The notes under the pieces are model-generated. The model did not search any database. It saw nothing but the letters and a program-made list of their open reading frames with translations, and was not told the origin of the DNA. DNA of 64,000 nt from Octopus vulgaris (lineage: Eukaryota), in assembly GCA_951406725.2 (NCBI GenBank), contig OX597821.1, positions 93,186,001 to 93,250,000 of the forward strand, read 5' to 3'. A program made the translations under genes and the position numbers. Positions 42,058 to 55,134 of the stretch are shown piece after piece (the first letter of the stretch is position 1; every line of letters begins with the position of its first letter).

Positions 42058-42169
42058 AAAATTTATTATCTGCAAAAATCAAACATGTTTCCTTACAGCT
42101 GTTTCTATTAAGTGCCTAATTGAAACAGCTGTAAGGGATCATGTTTGATTTTTCCAGATAATAAATTTT
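42058..42169. repeat. About 112-bp near-perfect palindrome
   Basis: aaaatttattatctgcaaaaatcaaacatgtttccttacagctgtttc / gaaacagctgtaagggatcatgtttgatttttccagataataaatttt. Confidence 0.9.
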
Positions 42170-42298
42170 TATTAAATGTTATATCTCCAATTTCTAATTT
42201 TTTTTCGTATGATTATAAACCATGATTTATATATAAACCTATTGATTTATGAATATTATTTAGCTTGATTTATTGTACACCTGATGCCTGGTGGGCAT

Positions 42299-42845
42299 CA
42301 GGTGTACTGTTGGCAAATTTCAGGAAGTATGCAAGTTCTGAAGGATGTAGTGTCTTGACAGCTACCAAATGATGCAGGTAATTTATTCAATGCCTCAGCG
42401 ATTCTGAGTATGTAAAAATGTTTCTGAAACTCATGGGTGCCACGTTGTTTTTTTAATTTTGTAAGCATGTCCACAAGTGTTAGACTTACGGAATTCACAA
42501 AGGTACCCAAGATTATTGTTGGGAAGATGGTGGATAATCTAGTGGGTGTCTACCAATCAGTTGCCAGTCATTGAAGCGTTAATGTATCCAGGGAAACAAA
42601 GCATTCAGAGTATAGTAGATGCCTGATAGTGGGCATTCGTATCTGGTTGCACATTTCTGAACAGTTTCCAGGAGATTGATATGCTGAACAAGATAAGAGC
42701 TCCAAACTGGTGATGCAAACTCTAAGTGTATATTTACCATCACCATATACAGCGCTGGAGAGTGACTGACAAAGCTCTTACTGAGGGATGCTAAGATACC
42801 TTCAGCCTCCTTGACAATCTTAGCAATGTTGTTTGTCCAATGCAG
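42299..42845 (-). pseudogene. CR1-clade LINE ORF2 C-terminal relic
   Basis: HLEFASPVWSSYLVQHINLLETVQKCATR ... FQKHFYILRIAEALNKLPAS. Confidence 0.8.
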
Positions 42846-43053
42846 TGTTACAGATTCAGAGTTAAAATTGTATATAATGAGTACAATGTCAAATAAAAAG
42901 TCTTACAGTGTTCAGTTGTAACCCATTACATTCTGTATTCAATTATCACTAAAACTAACTGAAATTTAACTCAGAACATAAAGTCAGATGAAATATCACT
43001 CAACATTTTCTTGTATGCTAATGATTCTGCCAGCTTATATATAGGAATAATAT

Positions 43054-43454
43054 TGGTCACTCTAACGCTAGATATAGATGCACGAAGGGAATCTACCACT
43101 AAACAACGCGCGTGAATGAGGATATTTGAAGGTAACTGCAGATATAATCGGCTGTGCCATTCGCCTTTATTCGGCTTCGTATGGATGTTGGCGTTCGACT
43201 CAGGAAATTATAATTTTTTTATATACTCTACTGAAGATCCGAAAATGATTGAGTAAGTAAAATTACACAATCTATTAACGATGAAACAATTGTACAGAGT
43301 TAATCTATTTTTTCTTTATTTTTCATTTGTCCTGCTCGCTTACATTCTTGGCGCGTTGAATTAATTCTTGAGAACAATTCTTTGGTGGTGGATTCCCTTC
43401 GTGGATCTATATCTAGCGTTAGAGTGACCACATGTGGACTCTCTCTCATTAATT
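43054..43454 (+). mobile_element. Penelope-like short insertion with inverted ends, 13-bp TSD and hammerhead-like motif (43225-43300)
   Basis: tggtcactctaacgctagatatagatgcacgaagggaatc is inverted at ~43390-43430; TSD ggaataatattgg (43044-43056, 43455-43467); actcta-CTGAAGA...GAAA-caattg-TA-cagagt. Confidence 0.7.
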
Positions 43455-43890
43455 GGAATAATATTGGGATATATTGTCAGAATATAGGAACAACATACTG
43501 AATTATCTGGGATTATAGTAATGTTAGAAGGAACAATATTTTTTAAATCTCTTTAATCCCAAAGTAATTATTGGATTGCAATAATGTGCATCAATGTATA
43601 AACTTCTTCTCCAAGTAACTTATACTTAATCTGCTTTTCATGTAAATGTCACTTCAACAATGAGGCTAACAACAAACTATATGACACCTTATGACTTATT
43701 GTAAGTTAGAGCTGGAATTAATAAATGAATAATAGGATGTAATTGTAAGGTTTGGTTCAAGAGCTTTTCTGCAATGATCGGCATTTGACATTTCTTTCAC
43801 TCAGGAGCTACTTCAGAATCTAAACAAATACACTTTTACACAGTCAGATGTTTGCCAATCATCGTATGCTTATATACCTGCATACTTAAC

Positions 43891-43948
<58 letters not shown>

Positions 43949-44321
43949 CTGTACCTATGTATGTATGCTTATATGTAACAGGAAAACAATCTCTCTCTCT
44001 CTCTCTTTCTCGCTCTCTTTATCCACCTATCTATTGAAAGAAATATATTCACACAGTTTCATTTATGTAATTTCCTGTAAACCTTACAAAGTACTTGAAT
44101 CATAATCAAGAGATTGTATTCATATTGATATTAAGGCTAAATAAAGGACTGGACTTTTATCGCAATCTTTAATTGCAAGATGTTTAACCACTTAGTAATC
44201 TTTTATACACACACATAAATACATTTCAGTATGCATACTCACAAATATATACCGCTCTCCATACTGGTATTTCCCTGTCATCTGAACCCCCCCATTCTTG
44301 TCCATCACTCACTACATTTAA

Positions 44322-44920
44322 TTTTTTATTATCCACAAGGGGCTAAACATAGATGGGACAAACAAGGACAGACAAAGGGACTAAGTCGATTACATCAACC
44401 CCAGTGCATAACTAGTACTTATTTAATCAACCCCAGAAAGATGAAAGGCAAAGTCGACCTAGGTGGAATTTGAGCTCAGAATGTAGCGGCAGACGAAATA
44501 CCTATTTCTTTACTACCCACAAGGGGCCGCTAAACACAGAGGGGAGAAACAAGGACAGACAAAGGAACTAAGTCGATTACATCAACCCCAGTGCATAACT
44601 GGTACTCATTTGATCGACCCCGAAAGGATGAAAGGCAAAGTCAACCTCGGCGGAATTTGAGCTCAGAATGTAGCGGCAAATGAAATAAATATTTCTTTAC
44701 TACCCACAAGGGGCTAAACACAGAGGGGACAAACAAGGACAGATAAATGGATTAAGTCGATTATATCGACCCCAGTGCATAACTGGTACTTGTTTAATCG
44801 ACCCCGAAAGGATGAAAGGCAAAGTCAACCTCGGCGGAATTTGAACTCAGAATGTAACGGCAGATGAAATACTGCAAGCATTTCGCCCAGCGTGCTAACA
44901 TTTCTGCCAGCTCGCCACCT
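44322..44920 (-). mobile_element. SINE family B trimer
   Basis: One full head unit plus two internal-restart units. Confidence 0.88.
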
Positions 44921-45244
44921 TTATCACTCACTACATTAACCTCTGACTTCTACCTCCACCTATTTAGTCCCCCCTTTTATGTCTTGCAAGTTTCACAACA
45001 ACCTCACAAGTATCGGTAGCACATAAAAATCACCCAGTACACTCTGTATAGTGGTTGCTATTAAGAAGGGCATTCAGTCATACAAAACCATACCAAAGAT
45101 GACACTGGAGCTTGATGCAGCCCTGTGGTTCACCGTTTTCCTGTCAAACCATCCAACTCATGAAAAGCAGACATTAAATGAAAGTGATGAGGATGATAAT
45201 GAGTAATGTACAAAACTGAATTTATTATTTATCTGTTTAAACAT

Positions 45245-45730
45245 GGTGGCGAGCTGGAAGAATCGTTAGCATGCCGGGTGGAATTCTTAGCTGTATTTCA
45301 TCTGCCGCTACATTATGAGTCCAAATTCCGCCAGAGTCAGCTTTACCTTTCATACTTTCAGGGTCAATTAAATAAGTACCAGTTATACACTGGGGCCGAT
45401 GAAATTGACTATGCCCCTCCCCCAAATTTCAGGTCTTGTGCCTATAGTAGAAAGGATTATTTATCTATTTAAACAAAAGCAGCAAGCTGGCAGAATTGTT
45501 AGCATACTGGACAAAAATGCTTAGCAGTATTTCATCCATCTTCATGTTGACTCAGGCCTTTCATACTTTCGGAGTCAATGAAATAAGTACTGGTCACATA
45601 CTGGAGTCAATGAAATAAGTACTGGTCACATACTGGAGTCAATGAAATAAGTACTGGTCACATACTGGAGTCAATGTAATTGATATTCTTTTCTCCGAAA
45701 TTTCAAGCCTTGTACCCATAATAGAAAGTA
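45245..45730 (+). mobile_element. Two old SINE B-related copies; the second has a 32-bp internal repeat (45571-45680)
   Basis: ggagtcaatgaaataagtactggtcacatact x3. Confidence 0.75.
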
Positions 45731-46122
45731 TCATTTATTTATAGCACCATTTGAGCATTGGGCTTCATGGAGGCAGTGACAGGTAACTGAGATCTTTGGT
45801 AATACACCATGCTTGTGTAGACTTGTTAAGCCAAGTGAGATCATAGTCGGGGCCGATGATGATGGCACATCAATGGCATCCACGCCAGTGGCAAGTAAAA
45901 AGCACCCACTACAGTCTTGGAGTGGTTGGCATTAGAAAGGGCATCCAACTGTTGAAACCTTGCCAAATCAGATTGGAACCTAGTGCAGCTCCCTGGGTTA
46001 CCAATTTTCAGTAAAACCATCCAACCCATGCCAGCATGGAAAGCGCCGTTAAATGATGATGATGATGAATTTAAACATCCAGTAAAGCTGGTAAACTATA
46101 GCAGACTGAGAAAGGGTATGTA

Positions 46123-46355
46123 AGGTGGCGAGCTGGCAGAAACGTTAGTATGCTTGGCGAAATGCTTAGCGGTATTTCGTCTGCGTTACGTTGTGAGTTC
46201 AAATTCCGCCGAGGTCGACTTTGCCTTTCATCCTTTCGGGGTCGATGAATTAAGTACCAGTTATGCACTGGGGTCGATGTAATCGACTTAATACCTATGT
46301 CTGTCCTTGTTTGTCCCCTCTGTGTTTAGCGGCCCCTTGTGGGTAATAAAGAAAT
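46123..46355 (+). mobile_element. SINE family B monomer, young
   Basis: Near-identical to 4533-4760. Confidence 0.9.
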
Positions 46356-46932
46356 AGGTATATAATTCTCCTCATATCCAAGAAGGTAAAAGAAAATCAA
46401 AAGAAAAACAGTACAAACCAAGAGCAGTTAAATGAATCGGAAGATCTTATTTATGGTTGGTTGGTCCCTAAAAATAAATTGCATTTACAAAATTGATTGT
46501 CTTTTAAAGACCGGTTTTAGAATGTCCTCTCCATCCCTAGCCCTTTCAGCTTGGTAATTTTTGCATTGGAACAAATAATGTCATAGGGTGTTTCTTTGTA
46601 TATAAAATAAGCTTCTTTTCTAAGTTTTTTTTTTATATAACAAGACATTAGGGGTGTGCATTATACATGAGAATCAAATGCTATCTATTTTAGTTTTATT
46701 TAATTTAAGATCTAAACCTGCACAATTTATGTACCATGAAATTACATATGAAACATTCGATGGATTTGTTTAAAAATCTGTTTTTATTCTCAGAAAATTT
46801 TAAATGCTTCAATTTATTAAGGTTTTAATTTTATAAAAAAAAAAGTTAATCAAAAAATATTTTTCAATTAAAAACAGTTGCGATTGAATTTTGTAATATA
46901 TCCATCCACTCGTACAAATTTTCATCTTATAC

Positions 46933-47140
46933 TTTATTTCTTCTGCCTTAGCGAAGTTGGAGGTATTATTTTCAGTCATGTTTGTTTGTTCATCTGTCTG
47001 TCCGTGGACAAGATATCTCAGGAACCGCTGGCTGGATTCTGATGTAGCTTTCAGAGATGTTTGGCTATATGACTGGCACAAACTGATTAGATTTTTGGGA
47101 CCAATCTGGTACCGGACAAGGATTCTGGATTATTTTTCAA
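46933..47140 (+). mobile_element. Helentron-associated (HINE/DINE-1-like) element, 5' part
   Basis: T-rich start, subterminal palindrome (cttctgcc..gttggagg), (GTTT/GTCT)n tract, then caagatatctcaggaaccgctggctggatt. Confidence 0.6.
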
Positions 47141-47472
47141 TGATGACTATAGCATGGGAATAGGAGTTCACGAAGGTACAGTCCTCATTCCTTTCCTCAT
47201 CATTATAGTCCTACAAGCCATCACAGAGGAGTTTAAAATTGGCCCTCTATGGGAATTCCTTAATGCTGAATTTATAGGGGAATTAGAAAATGGAGGCTAA
47301 AACTACAATCAAGAGGTCTTAAAGGTAAACTTAGCACAGATGAAAATTTTAGTAACTAGGAATGATGACACAACTCTGTATGTATAGGTAATGAGAAATT
47401 ATGGAGGTGAGCTCTTTCCAAGAAACAACAACATAGGTCTCAATTTACTGAGCGATTAGATTAAAGTATATA

Positions 47473-47519
<47 letters not shown>

Positions 47520-47524
<5 letters not shown>

Positions 47525-47717
47525 ATCCAAACAAGAAAGCACAAAAAACACAATGCGAGGACGTGGAACAATTATAGTATTATTGGACGCTCAGGAAAGA
47601 AGGAAAGAAGGAGGGTTTAACGTTTCGAGCGGAGCTCTTCGTCGGAAACATAGGAGAAGGAAAGATCCAGAGAAGGGAAGACAGAGGAAACAAAAATTCG
47701 CCAACAGTACACACGAG
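47520..47717 (-). mobile_element. Family H2 short element in (TA)n; hammerhead-like motif 47615-47649
   Basis: Reverse complement of 10798-10990 with an identical core. Confidence 0.75.
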
Positions 47718-47764
47718 ATATATATGTATGTATATATGTGTGTGTGTGTGTATATATATATATG

Positions 47765-47813
<49 letters not shown>

Positions 47814-48651
47814 GTGTGTGTGTGTATGTATGTATATGAATATGCACAACTAGGCCCTTCACCCAATTTGTTCCTAAAGTCATCCGAACCACATATCAAC
47901 TCTCTAAGTACCGTTCTTCCTCAGTATCACTTTTTCTTCTCCCAAACCAGAATTAACTTTGGTTCTCCTGTTCATCCACCTCATTATCTTTCCTTCTCTA
48001 CCATAATACATCTCTCACTCTCCCTATGCCCTACCCCTGCCTTCCCCACACACACACACACTCTTGCAAACTACCCAACCACACATCATCCTTCTCTTTC
48101 TTTCTGTTGTTCTATCATCCTTCCTCTGTCTACTGTATCACCATTATTATTCTGCTGTTCCTCAGCTGACTCACCCAACTGTTCTGCACTGTCAGTCATC
48201 ACCTACTCTTCCACCTCTTCTCCTACTTATATGCATCATTGGTCTTCCCATCCCACCCTTTATCCACCATTTTCTAGATCCACCACTCAACATTATCCAG
48301 TCTCTACAGTCATCACTTAGTCTTCCCTACCACCCTTACTTATCATCTTACAACACATATTCTTCATTCATTATACTCATCAACCCTACCTTACTCATTT
48401 CCCATTTCTCCCCCTCTCTTACATTTTTTGCAACATCTGCCCACCCACTCTCACACCTCTTCATTTCACCCTCATTTTTACTTGAGGCCCACTCTGAGAC
48501 CTCATCACCACTATTTTCATCTTTTCCCAGCTCCAACCCAATCATTCTCACCCCCCTATCTGGTATATGAGTAGCCATGTAGCTTTTCTACAGCAAGAGA
48601 CCTGTTCTGCTATGGGCCCCTTCTCTCATACTTTAACCCCCCCATCACCTA

Positions 48652-48923
48652 ACGCGGGGTCATTCTGAAAAGCTCTATCTGCAACAATTTCATCTCAATA
48701 GAAGGAGAGGGGCTTTCTCCGTCCGGGTTGCGGATCCGTGGAATAAGCTGCCAGACGAGATGGTGAAGATGACGACGACCGCTCGGTTCAAAGTCTCCCT
48801 TGACCACAAGTGGCCTGAACTCTTTGCATGAATGCCGCCCTGTGCATGACTCCATGTCCCCCTACATGGCCTTGCTTTTTGCTTTTTTAGCCAAAAAATT
48901 AACTAACTAACTAACTAACTAAC
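48652..48923 (+). mobile_element. 5'-truncated CR1-clade LINE 3' end, young
   Basis: Open frame TRGHSEKLYLQQFHLNRRRGAFSVRVADPWNKLPDEMVKMTTTARFKVSLDHKWPELFA* (48652-48831), short UTR, (CTAA)n tail. Confidence 0.88.
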
Positions 48924-49627
48924 AAAGGCCCATCCTGGGGTCCATAGTCTTGAAAGCTGCATGGTGACCTCATTAATGCTGGTGCTACAACAAAAAGCAC
49001 CTAGTACAAGCTGTAAAGGAAGGGTGTCAAGCTGCAGAAATCTCACCAAAGCAGACATTGAAACACAATGCAATCCTTAGACCAGCATGGAACATGGTTG
49101 TGAAATGATGATGATGAGGAGGAGGATGAAGACGATGATGTGAATATTTGTACATACACACATGTATGTACGCAATATGTTTGTGTGTATATATGTATAA
49201 ATACATGCACTCATACATATGTGTATATATAAGAATATATGTGTGTGTGTAAGTGTGAGTGCATGTGGGAAATGAATGAGTTGTGTGTGTGTAACTTGTA
49301 CATGCAAAGACGCATATAAACTTACAATACCTAAACTTCATGTATTCATGCAAAACATGTATTCATGAATGGTTGTATTATAATAGACATATAAATACAG
49401 CGAGGCATATCCTAATGCACACATTCCAGCAAGTTCAAATGAAAATATATACATACCTTCATACACTCACTGAACTTCTATACAGCTTTGCAAAAGCAAA
49501 AGACAACTCTAGCAGCACAGATGTGATAGGGGTGGAATATTTTGAGATAAATGCAGGTATAAACGCACTCACACAAATCTGTATATTTATTCATGTACAC
49601 ATGTGTGTATGTATATACATATATATG

Positions 49628-49708
<81 letters not shown>

Positions 49709-49957
49709 ACACACCCACAATGAGAAGAGAAAGAAATACAGAGAAACAGACAAAAAGAAAATAGATAACCATGCATTTGGGAAAGCATGCCAATGTATAT
49801 AACATGCATGTATACAGTAACAGCTAAGGATATGTACATACATAAAACATTGTCAAACACACACACATACATACATACATATAAATTTATATGTGTGTGC
49901 GTATGGCTTTGTACATATGTATTCATAGGCATATATGTATATACATGTATACATACA

Positions 49958-50019
<62 letters not shown>

Positions 50020-50094
50020 TATATGTGTATATATATGTCTATATGTATAAACATATATATACCTACATATATATATATGTATATATATATATGT

Positions 50095-50130
<36 letters not shown>

Positions 50131-51428
50131 GTGTGTGTGTGTATATATATCTATATATATATATATATTGTGGGGTACATACATGCATGAGTATCTAGCA
50201 ACGAAGACAGTATGCTTTTTTCTGCTTACTTGCCTCTCTCTCTCTCTCTCTCTCAGTGTCTTTCTCTCTTCCCCTTCTCTTCCTCCTTCCCCTCCTATTT
50301 TGCTTATTAGATCATGGACATTTGACCAATTGTTAAGGATGTGACAAGCTTTTATTACAGTTGCAGAAGAATGTCTCGATTGGACCATTATGTTCCCAAA
50401 ACGGTCGCTCCGTATGACCTTTCTATTCAATACAATCGTTAGCTCTTTAAACTACGACCACCTCTACTCACCGACCTGCAGACCGTCTCTTAAAACAAGA
50501 CATTCTAAATGTCAAAAGGTATTTTCAGTCGGACACGTACGTGAACAAAACCTCTCTCTTTGCAAATCATTCTCTCTACATTTGACAATGGCAATTCAAT
50601 TTCAGATAGGCAATTCTTTGTTGGTTTGTTGGGTTTTTGTTTTTCATTATTATTGTTGTTCTTGTAGATATTGTTTGATAATTGTTTATTGTTGTTGTTT
50701 TTTCTATATTTTTTATGTTGATGTTTTTGGTTTTTTTTGGGGGGTTTTTTTGGCATGTTTGATAAATTCCTTTCCCTCTTTCTCATTTGAGGATTATTTT
50801 CATCTCGCTGTCTGGGTTCTTCTTTATAATCATAGTCGTGGTTCTGATTGTGGTTGTGGTTGTGGTATAGCAGTGTAGCACACCTGTCCGAAACTAAGCT
50901 GAAGTACTACAAATTGTGGACGAGGTAAATATTGATAGATAAGGAAGAGAATGAAAATAAAATGAAATATATTCCAGAAATACTACAAAAATAAAATCAA
51001 AAGAAAATCAGGAAAAAAAAACGATACACAAAATAGTTACAGGGACTCAGAGGAGTTGGAGGTGAATCAATGCAGTGTGGAGCAGTGTTAGAGAAATACA
51101 ATGACCCTGATGGAAATGGTAAGTAAAGGCTGAAGAATGAAGTGGTTGGAAATGTCAAATTTTGTTTGTGGTTGTTAAGGATAAGCATGATACGAATCAA
51201 CAATCATAGCTGCAGTATTTTTTTGTTAAGTTAGATGCACCACTTCAGTTGCAGATATAATCACTGCTGTAGTATTGTATTATATGAAACTGAATATGGG
51301 TTTTGTGTATGTGAGTGTTTGTGTATATGTGTGCCTACATGTAAAGTCAGTGCATTCTGAAATACATATGAACATTATTTACATATATATATATATATAA
51401 AACAAATGTCTATATGTATAATATACAT

Positions 51429-51488
<60 letters not shown>

Positions 51489-51524
51489 TATTTGCATATA
51501 TGTATATATAAATATATATATATG

Positions 51525-51566
<42 letters not shown>

Positions 51567-52262
51567 TTTATATTTGCATATATGTATATATAAATATATA
51601 TATTATACAATATATACATATATGTACATTGTATGTATACAATATGTATTTTATATACTCATCTATCTGTGTGTGTGTGTGTGTGTGTGTATCATCACCA
51701 TTTTACATCCTCTTATTTTTTTCATCTCTGCAGGCACACACTCATACATACATACATGCGCAAATACATATAGTTACAATATATATTACACACGCATACA
51801 CACGCACATACACACACACAAAAACACAAACAAACACAAAAACACACACACACAAACACACAAGCACATACACACACACACACACATGTGTGCACATGCA
51901 CATGCACAAATACATATAGCAACAATATATATATAAGGCACACATACTAACATACATAAAAAAGAGGAAATGTGAAAGTGGTTTGGGAACTGAAATATTA
52001 GCCAATGAATGCAAGAGAGTTGGCAGTAATATTATAAACGTGTGATGTGAATGGACGATACAATCTGAATGGACAGAAGGATATTGAGATGGCTGGGGAA
52101 AGTTTCAGGAATAGTTGCAGATCAAGAAAGAATTGAGAAGTAATAGAAGTCGCGGGGACAGATCTGGGAAAGCTGGATCTCACCCCTCTAAAGAAATCTT
52201 GTGCTGAATATCTGTCTAATTGATGCTATAACAAAAATTTAAAAAAAAAAGAAAATATATAT

Positions 52263-53596
52263 AGGCGCAGGAGTGGCTGTGTGGTAAGTAGCTTGCTAAC
52301 CAACCACATGGTTCCGGGTTCAGTCCCACTGCGTGGCATCTTGGGCAAGTGTCTTCTGCTATAGCCCCGGGCCGACCAATGCCCTGTGGGTGGATTTGGT
52401 AGACGGAAACTGAAAGAAGCCTGTCGTATATATGTATATATATATATATAATTGTGTGTGTATATGTTTGTGTGTCTGTGTTTGTCCCCCTAGCATTGCT
52501 TGACAACCGATGCTGGTGTGTTTACGTCCCCGTCACTTAGCGGTTCGGCAAAAGAGACCGATAAAATAAGTACTGGGCTTACAAAGAATAAGTCCCGGGG
52601 TCGATTTGCTCGACTAAAGGCGGTGCTCCAGCATGGCCGCAATCAAATGACTGAAACAAGTAAAAGAGTAAAGAGTAAAAGAGTATATGTTTAGGTCTTG
52701 ATGTTGATGATGATGTGCTGCATGCTTAATCTGGGTTTCACAACCATGTGGTTTCAGGTTCTCTCCACTGCATGGCACCTTGGTCAAACATCGTCAACTA
52801 TAGTTCTGGGTCAACTGAAACTGCGAGTTGATTTGATAAATGTAAGTCTAAAGAAGCCCATTGTATATCCACATATGTGTCTGTCTTTGGGTTTATTCAA
52901 ATGATTTCATATTTACTTTGTCCACATAGGCGCAGGAGTGGCTGTGCGGTAAGTAGCTTGCTTACCAACCACATGGTTCTGGGTTCAGTCCCACTGCGTG
53001 GCATCTTGGGCAAGTGTCTTCTGCTATAGCCCCGGGCCGACCAATGCCCTGTGGGTGGATTTGGTAGACAGAAACTGAAAGAAGCCCGTCGTATATATGT
53101 ATATATATATATATAAGTGTGTGTGTATATGTTTGTGTGTCTGTGTTTGTCCCCCTAGCATTGCTTGACAACCGATGCTGGTGTGTTTACGTCCCCGTCA
53201 CTTAGCAGTTCAGCAAAAGAGACCGATAGAATAAGTACTGAGCTTACAAAGAATAAGTCCCGGGGTCGATTTGCTCGACTAAAGGCGGTGCTCCAGCATG
53301 GCCGCAGTCAAATGACTGAAACAAGTAAAAGAGTAAAAGAGTATATGTTTAGGTCTTGATGTTGATGATGATGATGATGATGATGTGCTACATGCTTAAT
53401 CTGGGTTTCACAACCATGTGGTTTCAGGTTCTATCCACTGCATGGCACCTTGGTCAAACGTCGTCAACTATAGTTCTGGGGTCAACTGAAACTGCGAGTT
53501 GATTTGATAAATGTAAGTCAAAAGAAGCCCATTGTATATCCACATATGTGCCTGTCTTTGGGTTTATTCAAATGATTTCATATTTACTTTGTCCAC
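52263..53596 (+). repeat. About 665-bp tandem duplication of SINE A plus 3' flank (SINEs at 52263-52684 and 52928-53343)
   Basis: Both SINEs share the private variant gccctgtgggtgg; the flank gtatatgtttaggtcttgatg...tttactttgtccac is repeated. Confidence 0.92.
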
Positions 53597-53781
53597 GTGG
53601 GTCATTTGCTCACGTTTTATGGATACCTGCCTCCTTCACTCTCTTCCTCCAGTCATAGAGGTCCTATAAAATGTCGTAGGCAGTGTGTTCTCTCCTAACT
53701 AGAAATGATAAAGAAAAAATGTAGAAAGCCCAAACACAAGATTTATAATTACATTCTTAAGCATAATCCTTTTCCTATATA

Positions 53782-54025
53782 CAAGTGGGTGCTGGAAAGT
53801 TTCTAGCTTTGGCTAAATGAAAATACAGGAGGATCAGTTAATTATGATTTTATTCAATATATTCCCCTCTCAGATTCACACACTTATTACTGCAGTCCTT
53901 CAGTTTTTCTGACCCAGTAAAAGAACTCAGAAAGAACTTTAACGTTATCATGAAAGGCCTGGTTGGGCCTCCAACCAGACCTTTCTTGATACCCTTGAAT
54001 CCAGAAACTTTTCAACAACCTCTCA
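53782..54025. mobile_element. Mariner-type MITE, complete, TA-flanked
   Basis: TA-caagtgggtgctggaaagtttctag ... ccagaaacttttcaacaacctctca-TA. Confidence 0.75.
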
Positions 54026-54034
54026 TATATACCT

Positions 54035-54250
54035 ATTTCTTTACTACCAACAAGGGGCTAAACACAGAGGGGACAAACAAGGACAAACAAATGAAATAAG
54101 TCGATTACATCGACCCCAGTGCATAACTGGTACTTAATTTATCGACTCCAAAAGGATGAAAGGCAAAGTCAACCTTGGCAGAATTTGAACCCAGAACGTA
54201 ATGGCAGACGAATATACGGCTATGCATTTCACCCAGCTTGCTAACGTCAT
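54035..54250 (-). mobile_element. SINE family B with 17-bp TSD
   Basis: TSD acctctcatatatacct (54018-54034, 54251-54267). Confidence 0.88.
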
Positions 54251-55134
54251 ACCTCTCATATATACCTTTGACATTGTTTTTACACACACATCTGTAGTTA
54301 AGTTAACAGACAAATCTTTCTCTTTCTTTTTCTATCAATGCTCTGCCACCATGGTACCAGGTTTCAAATGTGAGCATATATTTTAAGTGTTATAAACTTA
54401 GGACCAAATGCTACTTTCATAAACACAGAACATACTTCTGTACCTTTTGATATATCTACACAAGTACAACTGTAATGATAACTACACTAAAACTACAACA
54501 TCAGTATCACCCTATCTCCAAGTTGCTCCAAATCTCATCTATTGATCAATACAGCATTGCTGATTCTACTATTTGTTTCATTTATCAATCATCTCACTTT
54601 TACAGCCTAGTTAAGACCATAGTTAATTTAAGCCTAATACGACTCTGACCCGCAGATGTGAATGCATCAAAATTATTGTTACAATGATTCAATTTTGATA
54701 ATCCTAACTCTTTCACTGGCTCTGAATTTCCTCTGCAATTTTATATATTGCTTTATGTATTATATATTACCTTCCTTTGTGATTTTATACATATTACTTA
54801 ATATATATTATTTGGTGTGTACAATTTCATGTATGACTCTGGCATGAACAAAATACAAAGAGGCAAAACTAGAGAGGAAATAATTGCTTATATATCTTAC
54901 AAAAATCATCCCTGCAATTCCCTTTAGAATTGCAACTAATATATTGACATGCAGCTGCATGTAGGAATGCAGACAGACATATGTGCATATATACATATAT
55001 ATGTATATATGTGCATTGAGACATGTTATGCATCATAAAATTTATAGACTGGGTAAGGGATTTTGTAGAATCAGTTTTATGATGTTATTCTATTGGCCAT
55101 TTTAAATGCATCACAAGTGGGCAGGAATTTAGAG

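Noticed and set aside
43805-43863. Possible plus-strand exon after a good acceptor (catttctttcactcag)
   Set aside because: Weak donor and unrecognised peptide.
50360-50520. CpG-richer unique segment with open frames
   Set aside because: No recognisable domain in any frame; cannot be supported as CDS.
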